Notes under the pieces: generated by a model
Told to the model about the DNA's origin: nothing
The model's database searches: none
Seen by the model: only the letters and a program-made list of their open reading frames with translations
Shown here: piece by piece, positions 36,101 through 48,804 of the stretch
How the letters are laid out: every line of letters begins with the position of its first letter
Position numbering within the stretch: position 1 is the first letter of the stretch
Program-made: the position numbers and the translations under genes
Origin: Patellaria atrata CBS 101060
Taxonomy: Eukaryota
DNA: 64,000 bases
Assembly: GCA_010093705.1 (NCBI GenBank)
Contig: MU006093.1
Span: 1,137,301 to 1,201,300, forward strand
Reading direction: 5' to 3'

Positions 36101-39100
36101 ATGTCGTATGGTTCTATCTCAATGGAGTCCCACTCAACTCTTGCAGTCGCTATGAATAGACTAGGAGGCAAGTCAAATACCGGTGAAGGAGGTGAAGACC
36201 CCGAACGCAGTTTGAGACTTGACAACGGTGATACCATGCGGTCCGCCATCAAACAAGTCGCTTCCGGTCGCTTTGGTGTCACAAGCAACTATCTTGCGGA
36301 TGCGGATGAGCTTCAGATCAAGATGGCACAAGGAGCCAAACCTGGTGAAGGTGGTGAGCTTCCTGGACACAAAGTTTCAGGACCTATTGCGAAGACTCGC
36401 CATTCAACCCCAGGTGTCGGTCTGATTTCTCCTCCTCCCCATCACGACATCTACTCAATCGAAGATCTCAAACAATTGATCTACGATTTGAAGTGCTCGA
36501 ATCCAAGAGCCCGGGTGTCAGTGAAGCTTGTCTCTGAAACAGGAGTTGGAATTGTTGCTTCCGGTGTGGCCAAAGCAAAGGCAGACCACATTTTGATCTC
36601 TGGTCATGACGGCGGTACTGGGGCTTCTCGTTGGACTGGTATTAAATATGCCGGTCTTCCATGGGAACTTGGTTTGGCCGAAACTCATCAGACACTCGTC
36701 TTGAACGATCTACGTGGCAGGGTGGTCGTTCAGACAGACGGTCAGCTTCGTACCGGCCGTGACGTCGCGATTGCATGCTTGCTCGGTGCCGAAGAGTTCG
36801 GTTTCGCTACAGCACCATTGATTGCTATGGGTTGTATTATGATGCGTAAATGTCATTTGAATACATGCCCAGTAGGCATAGCGACCCAAGACCAAGAACT
36901 ACGAAAGAAATTCACAGGTACACCAGAACATGTCATCAATTTCTTCTATTACGTTGCAAACGAATTGAGAGCTATCATGGCAAAGCTAGGCTTCCGCACC
37001 ATCAACGAGATGGTTGGACGATGCGAAGTTTTGCGTGTGCGCGATGATCTACGCACTTCTAAGACCGAGAATATCGATCTCTCCCTAATCCTCACTCCAG
37101 CACACAGTTTGAGGCCTGGCGTAGCAACATACAATGTCAGAAAGCAAGATCATCGTCTACATGTCCGTCTGGATAACAAACTTATCTCGGAATCAGAGCT
37201 CGCTCTTGAGAAAGGATTACCAACACGCATTGAATGCGATATTGTCAACACTGATCGAGCACTTGGTGCTACACTCTCCTACCATATCAGCAAACGTTAT
37301 GGCGAAAGTGGTCTCCCTCAGGATACTATTCATGCCAATATCCGAGGTTCGGCTGGTCAATCCTTCGGTGCTTATCTCGCTCCTGGCGTTACTCTTGAGC
37401 TTGAAGGTGACGCGAATGACTATGTCGGTAAAGGCCTCTCTGGTGGACGTCTCATTATCTACCCTCCTCGGTCAGCTGTCTTCAAAGCTGAAGAAAATAT
37501 CCTCATCGGTAACGTTTGTCTCTATGGTGCCACCAAGGGTACTTGCTTCTTCAGAGGCGTTGCTGCAGAACGCTTTGCAGTCCGTAATTCTGGCGTCACA
37601 GCTGTTGTGGAGGGCGTCGGAGATCACGGTTGTGAGTATATGACTGGTGGTCGTGTTGTCGTTCTCGGCTCTACTGGTCGCAATTTCGCTGCTGGTATGT
37701 CTGGTGGAATCGCCTATGTTCTGGATATGTACCATGACTTTGAGGGCAAGGTCAATCAAGAGATGGTGGAGCTGTCACAGGTTGAAGATCCTACCGAGAT
37801 TGCATTCCTTCGCGGACTCATTGAAGACCATCACCATTACACCGGCTCCGAGCTCGCAGCCCGAATCCTCCTCGATTTCAACCGTGCCCTACCGCGCTTC
37901 GTCAAAGTGCTTCCTACAGACTATAAACGTGTCATGGATGAGGAAGCGAAGAGGGCAGAGGAAGCTAGGAAAGCTACATATCCACTACCTCTCTTGCCTG
38001 GGAATCCCGTACGTGGCATTCACGAACAGACTAAGAGGGTGGATCAAGAAAAGGAAACTAAAGAGCAGAAGAAGAATGATCTTCTGGACATTGAAGAGAG
38101 TGTTGGAGATGCCAAGGCCGAGAAAAAGCGGTCAAAGTTAGTTCTTGACAAGACCAAAGGATTTATGAAATATCAGCGCCGATCTGAAAAGTATCGCAAC
38201 CCGAAGACTCGCACGAGGGACTGGCAAGAGCTCTCTACAAGGTTAAACGAAGACGAGCTCAAGTACCAGACAGCACGATGCATGGACTGCGGTGTACCCT
38301 TCTGTCAATCAGATACCGGCTGTCCAATTAGTAATATCATTCCTAAGTGGAACGAGCTCGTGTTCCAGAATCAATGGAGAGATGCTCTCAACCGATTGCT
38401 GATGACGAATAATTTTCCAGAGTTTACTGGCCGTGTCTGCCCAGCTCCTTGCGAAGGTGCTTGCGTTCTTGGAATCAACGAAGATCCTGTTGGCATCAAA
38501 TCCATCGAATGCGCAATCATTGATCGAGGATTCGAGATGGGATGGATGGTTCCATCACCACCAAAGTATCGCAGCGGCAAGAAGGTCTCGATCATCGGCT
38601 CAGGACCAGCTGGCCTTGCTTGCGCCGATCAACTCAACAAGGCGGGCCATGAAGTTACAGTGTATGAACGCGCAGACCGCATAGGTGGTCTCCTCATGTA
38701 TGGTATTCCCAACATGAAGCTGGACAAGAAGGTCGTTCAACGTCGTGTTGATTTCATGGGCGATGAAGGTGTCAAGTATGTCACTGGATGCGCTGTAGGT
38801 GAGGGAGATGTCACCCTCGACTCTCTCAGGGAGTCTTCTGATGCCGTCGTCATTGCCACCGGTGCGACAGTCGCTAGAGATCTTCCCATCCCTAATCGCA
38901 ACCTTGACGGTGTTCACTTTGCCATGCAGTTCCTGCACCGCAACACCAAATCACTCCTCGACTCTAACCTTTCGGACGGAGAATACATTTCAGCTAAAGA
39001 CAAGCACGTTGTGGTAATCGGTGGCGGTGATACCGGTAACGATTGCATTGGTACATCCGTTCGTCATGGTGCAAAATCCGTTATCAATTTCGAACTACTG

Positions 39101-39754
39101 CCTCAACCTCCTCCTGAGCGTGCCCGTGATAACCCGTGGCCACAATGGCCTCGTATCTACCGTGTTGATTACGGTCATACCGAAGTCAAGACTCACATGG
39201 GTAGAGATCCTCGCGAGTACTGTGTCATGTCAAAGGATTTTGTTGACGATGGCAATGGCCACGTCAAGGGCATTAACACCGTAAGAGTTGAATGGACTAA
39301 GAGCTCTTCAGGCGGTTGGGACATGAAGCAAGTGGAGGGCAGCGAGGAGTTCTTCCCTGCTGACCTCGTCCTACTCTCTATGGGTTTCTTGGGTCCAGAG
39401 GATCGCGTCCTCGGAGGAGCTATTGAGAAGGATCCGCGAAAGAACATCAAGACACCTCCTGGAAAATACAGCACGAATGTGACGGGAGTATTCGCTGCTG
39501 GCGATTGTCGCCGTGGACAGTCTCTCATTGTTTGGTAAGTCTTCGCCCCTTTTCAAATCCTATGTGCTGTACGTGCACTAACTAGTCTAAGGGGCATTAA
39601 CGAGGGTCGCATGGCCGCTCGAGAGGTCGACACATACCTTACTGGCGTAGGTACTCAGCTTCCAGTGACTGGTGGCATCGTCAAGCGTCCACCTTATGAG
39701 CTCTTGAGCAAGGTTGATGGCGCGCCGACAGAATTAATCACTGCAGCCGCTTAG
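33146..39754 (+). CDS. GLT1: NADH-dependent glutamate synthase (GOGAT); exons 33146-33333, 33401-33441, 33501-39534, 39592-39754
   Basis: EKDACGVGF (Ntn Cys), HSRFSTNT, QIKMAQGAKPGEGG, CIMMRKCHLNTC, and fused beta subunit with CMDCGVPFC and IIGSGPAG. Confidence 0.99.
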
Positions 39755-39803
39755 AATCGATCAAGATTCACAAGTGGTTTAGGTGGACCTGCGACACCAA
39801 ATT

Positions 39804-39823
39804 TATATATATATATATATATA
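39804..39823. repeat. (TA)10 microsatellite in the GLT1 3' region
   Basis: Direct reading. Confidence 0.85.
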
Positions 39824-41074
39824 ACATTACGTAAGATCATGACGGATGACATCACTCGATAGGGACATTAGTTGTATGGCAAAGAAGGAAGAGCACAGTT
39901 AGAACGAATCTTGTACGACGGCGCTTTCTACGATTATGATCACAGACTGTACGATTGGATCTTGGAAGACGATGCTGCATATAACCATATTTACTCGGGC
40001 GGTGGACTTTTGTCTCTGTTATGTTGAAGATGATTTACGCGGAGATATGAAGACCTGGAGTGGGAGTTTTCTGCGTTGCGCAACAATTCTTTCTATCTCG
40101 CCGTCTTTCTTGCTTATCGCAGTCGTTTCATATACCAGAGATTTGCTTTTTCATGTTGGGTTCACAGTCGCCGTCTAGGCGGAATACTGGATTTCTGGAT
40201 GGCGACTGGGGAAGCGAGTTGAGTTTGTTAGCTGCTAGGAGAGCATTTAAATAATTAAAATCATTGCATAATATGAATGTGCTGTGACTATAGGAACAGA
40301 GGGAGCTTGCAGCAAAACCTTCGCTGTTCCTCCCCCGAAAATGCAATTCTTCCCCTTTTCCTTGTTCACGATATGCTCGCTTTACAGTCCGTTACCTGCG
40401 AGATGATTCCTAAATTGAGCTTGAGTGGGTTGTTACCTGGCTGAACTGGATACCAGGGAGTCATGTGGAGTTCGCAGTGACAAGTAGGTATAGTGAAGGT
40501 CTTCGCACTCAGAGATACGACAGAATGGGATACTACGGCCTTCATATCTTGCCAGTACGACGATCTGCGTATAGCAAGTAGACGGGGAACCCGGGGTGCG
40601 GAGCGTGATGAAAGATATGTTTTATTGGACAACCTAAAATACAGTTGCACCGGCGGATTTGGATACCCTGCGAACTATGCAAGGGGTTCTTGGTACGCCT
40701 TGGAACACCTAACATTCCTCCGAACCGATCTTGTCCAAGTAGCTCGGTACGGTCGAGGGAAAGTTTGGTGATGTCTCCTTGTTTGGACAGACGGAGCTTG
40801 CTATCATTCGAGCTTCAGGCGAAATATCGTACAGGCCAAGGCTCAACGCCGAGGTTGTTCCTAGGTGATATTAGTACCATACAAGAGGTCCAGAACCACA
40901 GTCAAGCGTACATGTTGTACCAGCCGGACATTCAACATTCGCACATACGGACTCTCGATATCGAAAAAGATATCCTCAAACCGCAGTAGATCAGACGCCA
41001 CAGAATCCTAGAAATACGATGAAGACTCACATCTAATAGGTCATATAATCATACAATGCCATCGTACCGCTTCC

Positions 41075-41305
41075 TCACCGTAATTCCTCGCCGGGCCCGG
41101 GTCCCGTGACTGGTATCGGGGGTTCCCCGACCTCGATCGGGTCGTTCGCCATCGCCATCAGGACTGTCGAGGGAATGGGTTTCTGCGCCCAGAAATCATC
41201 GACGAGGTCTGGGATCTTCTTGGTGTTGGAGGAGCGGGAGGGAGAGGGCCAGGCGCTCACAATGGAGAGAATGCTGAGGATGGATAAGAGGGTGGAGAGC
41301 TGCAT
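41075..41305 (-). CDS. Putative small secreted protein (76 aa)
   Basis: Signal peptide MQLSTLLSILSILSIVSA-WP, good ATG context (ACAATG), C-rich codon usage; 3' end uncertain. Confidence 0.55.
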   Translation of the reverse strand: MQLSTLLSILSILSIVSAWPSPSRSSNTKKIPDLVDDFWAQKPIPSTVLMAMANDPIEVGEPPIPVTGPGPGEELR

Positions 41306-42352
41306 TGTAGATCTCGGGATCGAATTTGGAGTACTGATCGTCGCCTTTTACGCGATATATACGGGGACTGGTATACTGCTCGAGATCGAAGAGGGTCATA
41401 TAGAGTACAGACTACCTCAGCGATAGAGATATATAGGTGAGAGGTACAGGTCTCGAGATCAGGAGGGGGCAGAAAGTCGCAGTTTCCTTGTTCGAGTGAA
41501 GGAAGCAAACAAAGGCAAGGGTAAATACAGGTCTTAGGAGTTTTTGATCTTCTTATCTTTGACATACTTTCTTGGTCCTCTACCGCTCGATATAAAGCTC
41601 AGCTCAAGTCACATTGCCCGGCTCGTTGAGTTCAAGCAGGCCCAGGTACGACCATGGTGTAGTAGCCCAGGAACGCGAAAACGTGAAAAGCTCCGTCAAG
41701 CATATTGGACAAGAGCGATCAAGGCGAGCGATCAAGCCGTCAAGCAATCCGCTCCTTGCAGTAAAAGTTCGGCTCCTAGATTTTTTGTGGAATGTGAGGT
41801 CCGTAAGAGGACTTACAAGACGGCACGTTTTAGAAAAGGGGCTCTGATTGGTCTATGGTTGATCTTGGGACCGGGAAGATGGAGATTGTGGTTGAGGTGT
41901 GTGGGGCTTACCTTAGCGCTTCTGATCGAGAACCAGACGCGTGGGGGGTTTATGCCACAGATCCTGAATATGAGTGCGGAGCGGGGCGGGACGGGACGGG
42001 GCGGGGCGGAAACTGAGATGCCATTTTAGATATTGTACCTTTGTAACCTTCGACTTGAAATGGAAATTGGAAAGCAAAAACCTTCGAATCCTAGTGTGGT
42101 GATTTTAAGTTTACGACAAATGTTAGGGAAACAATCACTGAACACCTCACGGAAGGTTTCCCTTCAGGACAAACTGCGATGTGCATTTGTTTACAGAGAT
42201 CTTTCTTCCCACAAAAATACCTCCAATATACCATCGTTAGGCGTGGACTTAAACTATACGCATCCCATAACCTCCTTGCAGTCCCCGGACTACCGGTATC
42301 TCCAGTGATCGACCTTCTATTAGGCTCCTGCCGCCCCGAATCTTATTCTGTC

Positions 42353-43260
42353 ATGCTTTCCCTACCATTGGTACCACCTCGCGATGTATGTCTCTATAAC
42401 ATTCCATCCATAAGGAAAACCTATACTAAAGCTAAGAAACTTAGGATCATGGCTTCTGGCACACATCATTCTCCCGTTCACACGGCACTACAGAGCATGG
42501 CGATCAACACAATCATCACAACCGCCCACGTTCCCCGCACCGAAATACACAACCTCCGGTCCGATCTTCACTTGCTATTCTCACCGCCGACGAAGAGAAG
42601 ATAGAGAAGCGTAAACAATTCATCCGTCGGTTTGGCGCCAGCTGGATTCGACCTCCGGGCGTTGCTAAAACTTACCAAGCGACCATGGACGAGATCGCAG
42701 AGCGAGAGGAGCAGGATATGTTGGCGAGACGGGAACAAGCGATGATGGACTTGGCGAACGCACAAGAGTTGGAGGCACAGCGACAAGCTGCCGCGGAAGG
42801 CGGAGAGGAGGACGAGGAAGGGGAAGGTGAAAGAGATCTGGACGATGATGTACCTGAGGCGGAGGACCTGACGTTCAACGAGGAGAGCCTGATAGAGGGG
42901 AGCATGCTGGAGCACGACGTTGAACACATGTTGGATATGGAAGAGGCGGAGATGGAAGGCGTGTTAGAGGAACAGAGAGATCTGGAAAGGGATCTGGATG
43001 ATGATGTCCCAGAGGCGGGGAGCTACCAACATACTGATACGGAATTGGAAGACTCGAGTAGCGAACCCGAGCTTGAGGAAGAAGAGGAGAGCTTCTCCAA
43101 CGTGCGACGGGGTGTTGGTAGAAGCGTGCTCAGTGAGGGTGACAGCTCTTTACTGGGTGGTAGCTCGTTCGTTGGGAGTAGTCCAGCGGCTAGGAGAGGA
43201 CCTGCCGGTGGAAGTGCCTTTCGCGGAAGACTCATGCAGGGAAGACCCAATGGAAGGTAA
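42353..43260 (+). CDS. APC15: APC/C subunit Apc15/Mnd2-like; exons 42353-42385, 42445-43260
   Basis: MLSLPLVPPRD|DHGFW...RRFGASWIRPPGVAKT motif followed by an acidic tail. Confidence 0.8.
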
Positions 43261-43478
43261 TAGTTCTGTGCCCAGCTTTTTCCGGGAGCTCTACTAGAGC
43301 GTACTCAATAGTATATATTACATTATCGATAGCAAAAAGACTCTTCAAATCCACCTGGGCGTAATCATGTACTATAGATGTCTTGTTCCCAAACCAAACG
43401 CCATCCGCTTTGTATTGTACGAACCCAATGCGCCATCATTCAGTGCATGTACGCAGATCCTCTCGCTACCCGCTCGCT

Positions 43479-44138
43479 CTAGAATAGCCAAACGTACCAG
43501 AACAACAGTGCAACCGCAGCAAAGAATGCGAGCCACAGTTTCCACCCAATACCGGACCGATCCGCCATCCTCAACATCCTTTTCATCGTCCCTCGTAACC
43601 GTATTCTCGCGTCATCAAAGTGCTCGTTCATCTTTTCCGCTAACGCAGACGAGTCCCTTATCTCATCTCCAATCGCAACCGTTAACTATCACAAAAGTCC
43701 TGTCAGTCTAAACCTTTACAGAATATGCCGTGTAGTGGTTGTTCTCACCTCTTTCAACGCCTTCACCCTGGCCAGCGCCCCTCCCAGCTGCTCGTCATTC
43801 TGACTCTCCAGCTCCGAGAGCACCGCATCGCTGTACTGGCCCTTCGAGTTGGGCGTCGCTGAACGGAATAGCCCTTGGTTCGGGCTGGGGTAAGCGGAGA
43901 ATGCGCCGCTCGGCGCGCCGTTGCCGTTCAGCGTTGACGGGTAGCCGTAGCCGGAGTCTGGGCGAGAGGCAGAGATAGGAGAGCGGGAGCCGGCGCGGGA
44001 GTCATAGGAGGAGAAGAGGGAGGAGCGGGTATCACGGTTGGGGTTGTTGAATCTGGAGTAATGTTAGGAGGGTATGCAAGGGGTTGGAGTATTGGTTTCT
44101 GGGGCGGTTTTCTGGGGGATGTTGTACCTGGATGCCAT
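43479..44138 (-). CDS. BET1: Qc-SNARE Bet1, 3 exons (missing from the ORF track)
   Basis: Spliced protein MASRFNNPNRD...ELESQNDEQL...VKALKE|LTVAIGDEIRDS...GTMKRMLRMA plus C-terminal TM WLAFFAAVALLFWYVWLF. Confidence 0.9.
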
Positions 44139-44497
44139 GGTTTTTGTGAGAAGGTTGTTATCTGAGAAGCATGGCGGGAGAAAAGTTTTCTTTATGAGAT
44201 TCGAAAAAAGTTCGAACCAACGTGCTTGTTGGCTTCTTTTGAAATTAATGGATTTACTTCGTTGTTGGTACGGGAGGTGGAAGGGACAGATGTGCAGTTC
44301 TGGTCAAGGAGATGATCGCGTGGCGCATGTCACTTTGATTCGCGCGTCCAAGTCCAACTTCAAACGACTTGAATACCTTTACCTTTCTCACTGTTTGTAT
44401 TGAAGTCGGCCATCTGTTTAGATCGATTAGTGATGCTCGTCCATAGGGTATATCAATGATGATGGAAATTCAGAACCAACTTTAAAGTCGGAAAGTA

Positions 44498-47196
44498 ATG
44501 TTGAATCCTCATCGTCTCCGGTTGCATGGCCGGCCTGTGGCTCTCCCTGGACGTCACGCTTCTCTCAATCAAGCATGGCTTGGCATAAGGTTTGATATTC
44601 ACCACCGTCTACAGAAGGGATATTGCTGATATTATGATAGGTCACCGCAATGGGGAAGTTCGATTCGATACAGGCCAGGCATTCGCAATGTTGCCTCGGA
44701 GGCTGGGGAGAACGATACTGGCCATATCAACCCCGCTGAGAATGAGAATATCCTTTTCTTCGATAGTATGTTTTACTCTTACGCTTGAAAGGCCCCTCTT
44801 GAATGAAAGTAGCTAATGTGGAACGATAGACGTATTCCCATTAAGACTTCAATGGCTGTCCCGTTTGCCCTTCCAAGCGGAAGCAGCTATACCGCGTTTA
44901 TTGAAGCACTTGAACACGACTAGTATACCGAATGTAGACCCTCTGAAGGCTATCGAACAGTCTAATGTTGACAAGACCCCTCTCAAGGTAATGGAAGTCC
45001 TGCCTCGTTTGAAGGAAGGCGGTGCATTTGTCAAGTTTCAACATGATCCGAGCGTATCTGCCGAGACCATTGCAGAAAACCTAAAAGAATATCTCAAAGG
45101 CCATCCAATGAAGCCGTGGTGGAATCCATTTCAAAGCATGCGCACCAATCTAGTGAGGGGCCGGCCGTGGGTGGAAGACCTGTATAGGCTTCCTAGCTCC
45201 CGTCTGAAAGTCGAATTCCTACCTCCTAAACCTGGACAGGAAGCTGCAGAACTATCGCAAGAGCAACTTTACAGCTACTTTAGACCATACGGGAAACTTA
45301 GTGATATCATTCCGCAGCCACCAGATTCAAAAGTGCTGCCCAAGTATGCATTGCTTGATTTTGCACAAGTCAAACCTTCAGTAATGGCAAAGAATTGCAT
45401 GCATGGATACATAGTGCCGGAAAGCGCTGGAGGCGGCAAGTCTGGGACTGTACTGCGGTTGACTTATGAGCAAAAGCGAAAAGCACATTGGCTCCGTGAC
45501 TGGTTGACAAGCCACCCGAGAATTGTTATACCTATACTCGGAGCTCTTGCCGCAGCTTTCACCGTTGCCGTATTTGATCCTATCCGTACTTTCTTTGTCA
45601 AAGCGCATATAACGCGGGCGTTTCACATCGCCGATAACAGGGTTTACCGCTGGTTCCGCGCACAAGCAACGGATTGGCTCTCGTTCCATCGTCGCAAAGA
45701 GGATGAGGAGGGAATGCAAGCAGTTTGGGATGATCGCAAGGAGAACATTCAGCAACTTCAGACATGGCTGATGGAGACAGCAGATACTTTTATCATTGTA
45801 CAGGGTCCTCGAGGATCAGGCAAAAAGGAACTGGTACTCAACCAAGCATTGAAGGACAAGAAGAATAAACTAGTCATTGACTGCAAACCGATTCAAGAGG
45901 CTCGGGGAGATGGTCCAACGATCGCTGCGACAGCAAAACAGGTCGGCTATCGTCCAGTTTTCTCCTGGATGAATAGTTTCAGCGGCATGATTGATATGGC
46001 GGCTGCGGGTGCAACTGGCGTGAAGACTGGATTCTCGGAAACCCTTGATTCACAGCTTCAAAAGATCTTGAATAACACTGGTACTGCTTTGAAAGAGATC
46101 GCTCTAGACTGCCGTAAAAAAGGTGACAAGGATTCGCAATTGGGAGACGATGAGTACCTGGAGGCTCATCCGGAAAAACGGCCAGTCATCGTGATCGACA
46201 ACTTTTTGCACAAAGCTCAAGAAAACAGTCTTGTATATGACAAGATAGCGGATTGGTAAGCTCCAAAGCGAAACATGTTAGTCATAATACCATCTAATTT
46301 CTATTAGGGCCGCAGCCTTGACCACAAGCAATATCGCCCATGTTATCTTTCTCACTACCGATGTTTCATTCACGAAATCTCTTAGTAAAGCCCTACCAGA
46401 CCGGGTCTTCCGGCAAATCTCTCTGAGTGACTGTAGCCCTGAAGTTGCTAAACGATTCGTTATAACTCATCTGGACGCTGACGTAGAAGACGATGGCGAG
46501 CATGCTGACCACGAGAAGAAGCTTACCCATCCGGTCCGCAAGAAGGACCTCCAAGAACTGGATACATGCATTTCCTACCTTGGAGGTCGTCTAACCGATC
46601 TAGAGTTCTTGGCTCGTCGTATCAAAACAGGAGAAACTCCTACTAAAGCTGTGAATGAGATCATCGAGCAAAGTGCCTCTGAGATCCTTAAAATGTACCT
46701 GTTTGTGGGTGATGACAATGGAAGGAAGTGGACTCCTGAACAAGCTTGGTTATTAGTCAAGCAGCTCGCAGAAAAAGAAACACTGCGGTATAATGAAGTT
46801 CTGCTATCAGATACATACAAGAGCGGTGGAGATGATGTTTTACATGCTCTCGAACAGGCGGAATTAATCAGTATCGTGGCCGCGAACGGACGACCTCAGG
46901 CTATCAAGCCCGGTAGACCGGTCTATCAGCCGGCATTCAAGCTGCTGACTGAAGATAGGGTGCTGCGCAGCAGACTCGATCTAGCGATCCTGACAGAGCA
47001 GACGAAGATTGAGAATGCGACAATCGACAAGTGCGAAAATGAGCTAAGGCTATTAGCGGAGCTTCCCAAGCAGCCGGCTGAGGTGACATCAAGAGTAAAA
47101 TATTTGTTAGACAAGCTGGCGGCGAGTCAGGCCAAAGTTGAGGCATACGATGCAGAGAGTGGAAAGTTGAAGAAGGTTTTGAAGGAAGAATATTAG
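44498..47196 (+). CDS. YME2: Mitochondrial escape protein 2 (RRM plus P-loop RNA12 domain), 4 exons
   Basis: LFFD|xVFPLRL, PRLKEGGAFVKF, SHPRIVIP, VQGPRGSGK, GGRLTDLE. Confidence 0.92.
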
Positions 47197-47926
47197 GGGG
47201 CCTGATTAATGACCAATAGCGGTCGAAGTTATTGTTGATACCACGAGTAGAATCCACGCTTCTTTGTAATCGTTGTAAATAGTAATCGTACTCCATACTA
47301 TATACTGTATACCTGGCGTCCTCTTTCCCCTAGTGAATATAACCGTGGACCATTCTGGACATTTACGGGCATGCAATCAGTTTAGTAAATATTTCGATAC
47401 GTTACAGCTGTACAGGTCCATCCAGCCTCAGCCGCCGCACTCGAAATATGCGGGAAGCCGTGCGAAGAAATGAGCATAGAAGGAAGGTTTAAGCAAACAG
47501 ACGATCAAATTCGCTGAAGAGCTAAAGTGTCTTCCAAGTCTAGCAGACGTGGAAGGATGGCCCATTATATGGAAACGTTGAACCTTATGGCGTGAGCGTA
47601 CAATCAGAGCCAAATTTGTGCCAAAGCCGAAATAAGGTTTCGCCATCGACGGTGTCATGTACGGGCAAACGAACTTCATAGAAGTTGCTGTACACGCTAA
47701 TATCAATACCTACTCATACAGATATTTTAGAGTATCCCACTCTCGCATACTGCTTCTTGAAGTCAACAGACAAACATACTAGACGTGCTTGTACAGGCAT
47801 ACTCACGTAGTTGTCATATATGAAATATATCAAAGTTTTTATCTCAGATAGGCCACGGGCTTGTCTTGAGAGATGCCTTAACGCCCGTCGCTCATTGATT
47901 CGATAAAATAGGAAGGATACGTGAGA

Positions 47927-48487
47927 TCATCCTTCACTCTCTTCACTCTTTCCCCTTTGCTCCCGCTCCCGCTCTTCACTCCTCTCCCTCTGAGCACTCG
48001 CCTTCTCCACCAAGTTAGATTTCAATCTCTCCTCTTGCTTCTTCCAGTGACTCCCCTCCTCATAGTCCGCCCTGATGCCCAGCGCCTTCCTCAACCTCTC
48101 ACTCTCCTCAATCTTCGCAGCCGCAAGCTCATGCACCTGATGGGTCTTCAACCCCCGCGCAGCTTTCCCCGATTTCGCGCCCTCCCCTTTCTTCCGCTCC
48201 GCTTGCAACTTCTTCCTTAGTGCCGTACATTGATCTTCGATTTCATCATCATCCACACCCTCGTCTTCTAGCCGGTCTCGCAGCTCGAATACTTTGACTT
48301 CGATCTCGCGTTTTCGGTCGTGCTCGAGGATCTCGGTGTCTGGCTGCCGCTGTCGGTGCTTGAGCATGTCGAAGTCTTTTGGATACGGTGCGGTAGCGTC
48401 CCGGGGCTTGAGGTGGGAGAGATTGCGTTGGACGTAGCCGGACGTACCGCTACCTCGGGGGGTGTTGAGGCCGACGTTGGCGGACAT
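47927..48487 (-). CDS. CWC21: Pre-mRNA splicing factor Cwc21
   Basis: MSANVGLNTPRGSGTSGYVQRN and ILEHDRKREIEVK. Confidence 0.95.
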   Translation of the reverse strand: MSANVGLNTPRGSGTSGYVQRNLSHLKPRDATAPYPKDFDMLKHRQRQPDTEILEHDRKREIEVKVFELRDRLEDEGVDDDEIEDQCTALRKKLQAERKKGEGAKSGKAARGLKTHQVHELAAAKIEESERLRKALGIRADYEEGSHWKKQEERLKSNLVEKASAQRERSEEREREQRGKSEESEG

Positions 48488-48804
48488 CGTGCTTCTTTGA
48501 AGGTGGAGAGAGCTGCGCCGAAGTAGTTTTGTCGGCTCGATTTCTATCGTCGAGGTGATTGTTGAGGGTTGTAGGGGTGTTGGTGGTGAGAGGGAGGGAG
48601 GTTAATGCGGCAAAGGTTGCTTAGTCATGCACGATTTGGCTCAGGATAGAGTTCTACAGCTTTCTGCAGCAACGGAGTAACCTTTCCTCCCCGTTTTGTG
48701 TATTCACCATATCATTATATTTATACAACATAGCGTAAAGGTAAGACGGCATATTAGCTCTACGAGTTATCTCTCTTGATAATCTGGTCCCAAAAGAAGG
48801 CATC

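Noticed and set aside
40493..40771. 92-aa ORF that looks protein-like
   Set aside because: GTG start, in-frame stops just upstream and no recognisable family; at most a degraded remnant.
47200..47920. Possible small gene or ncRNA between YME2 and CWC21
   Set aside because: Only scattered splice-like signals; no coherent ORF or recognisable RNA motif.
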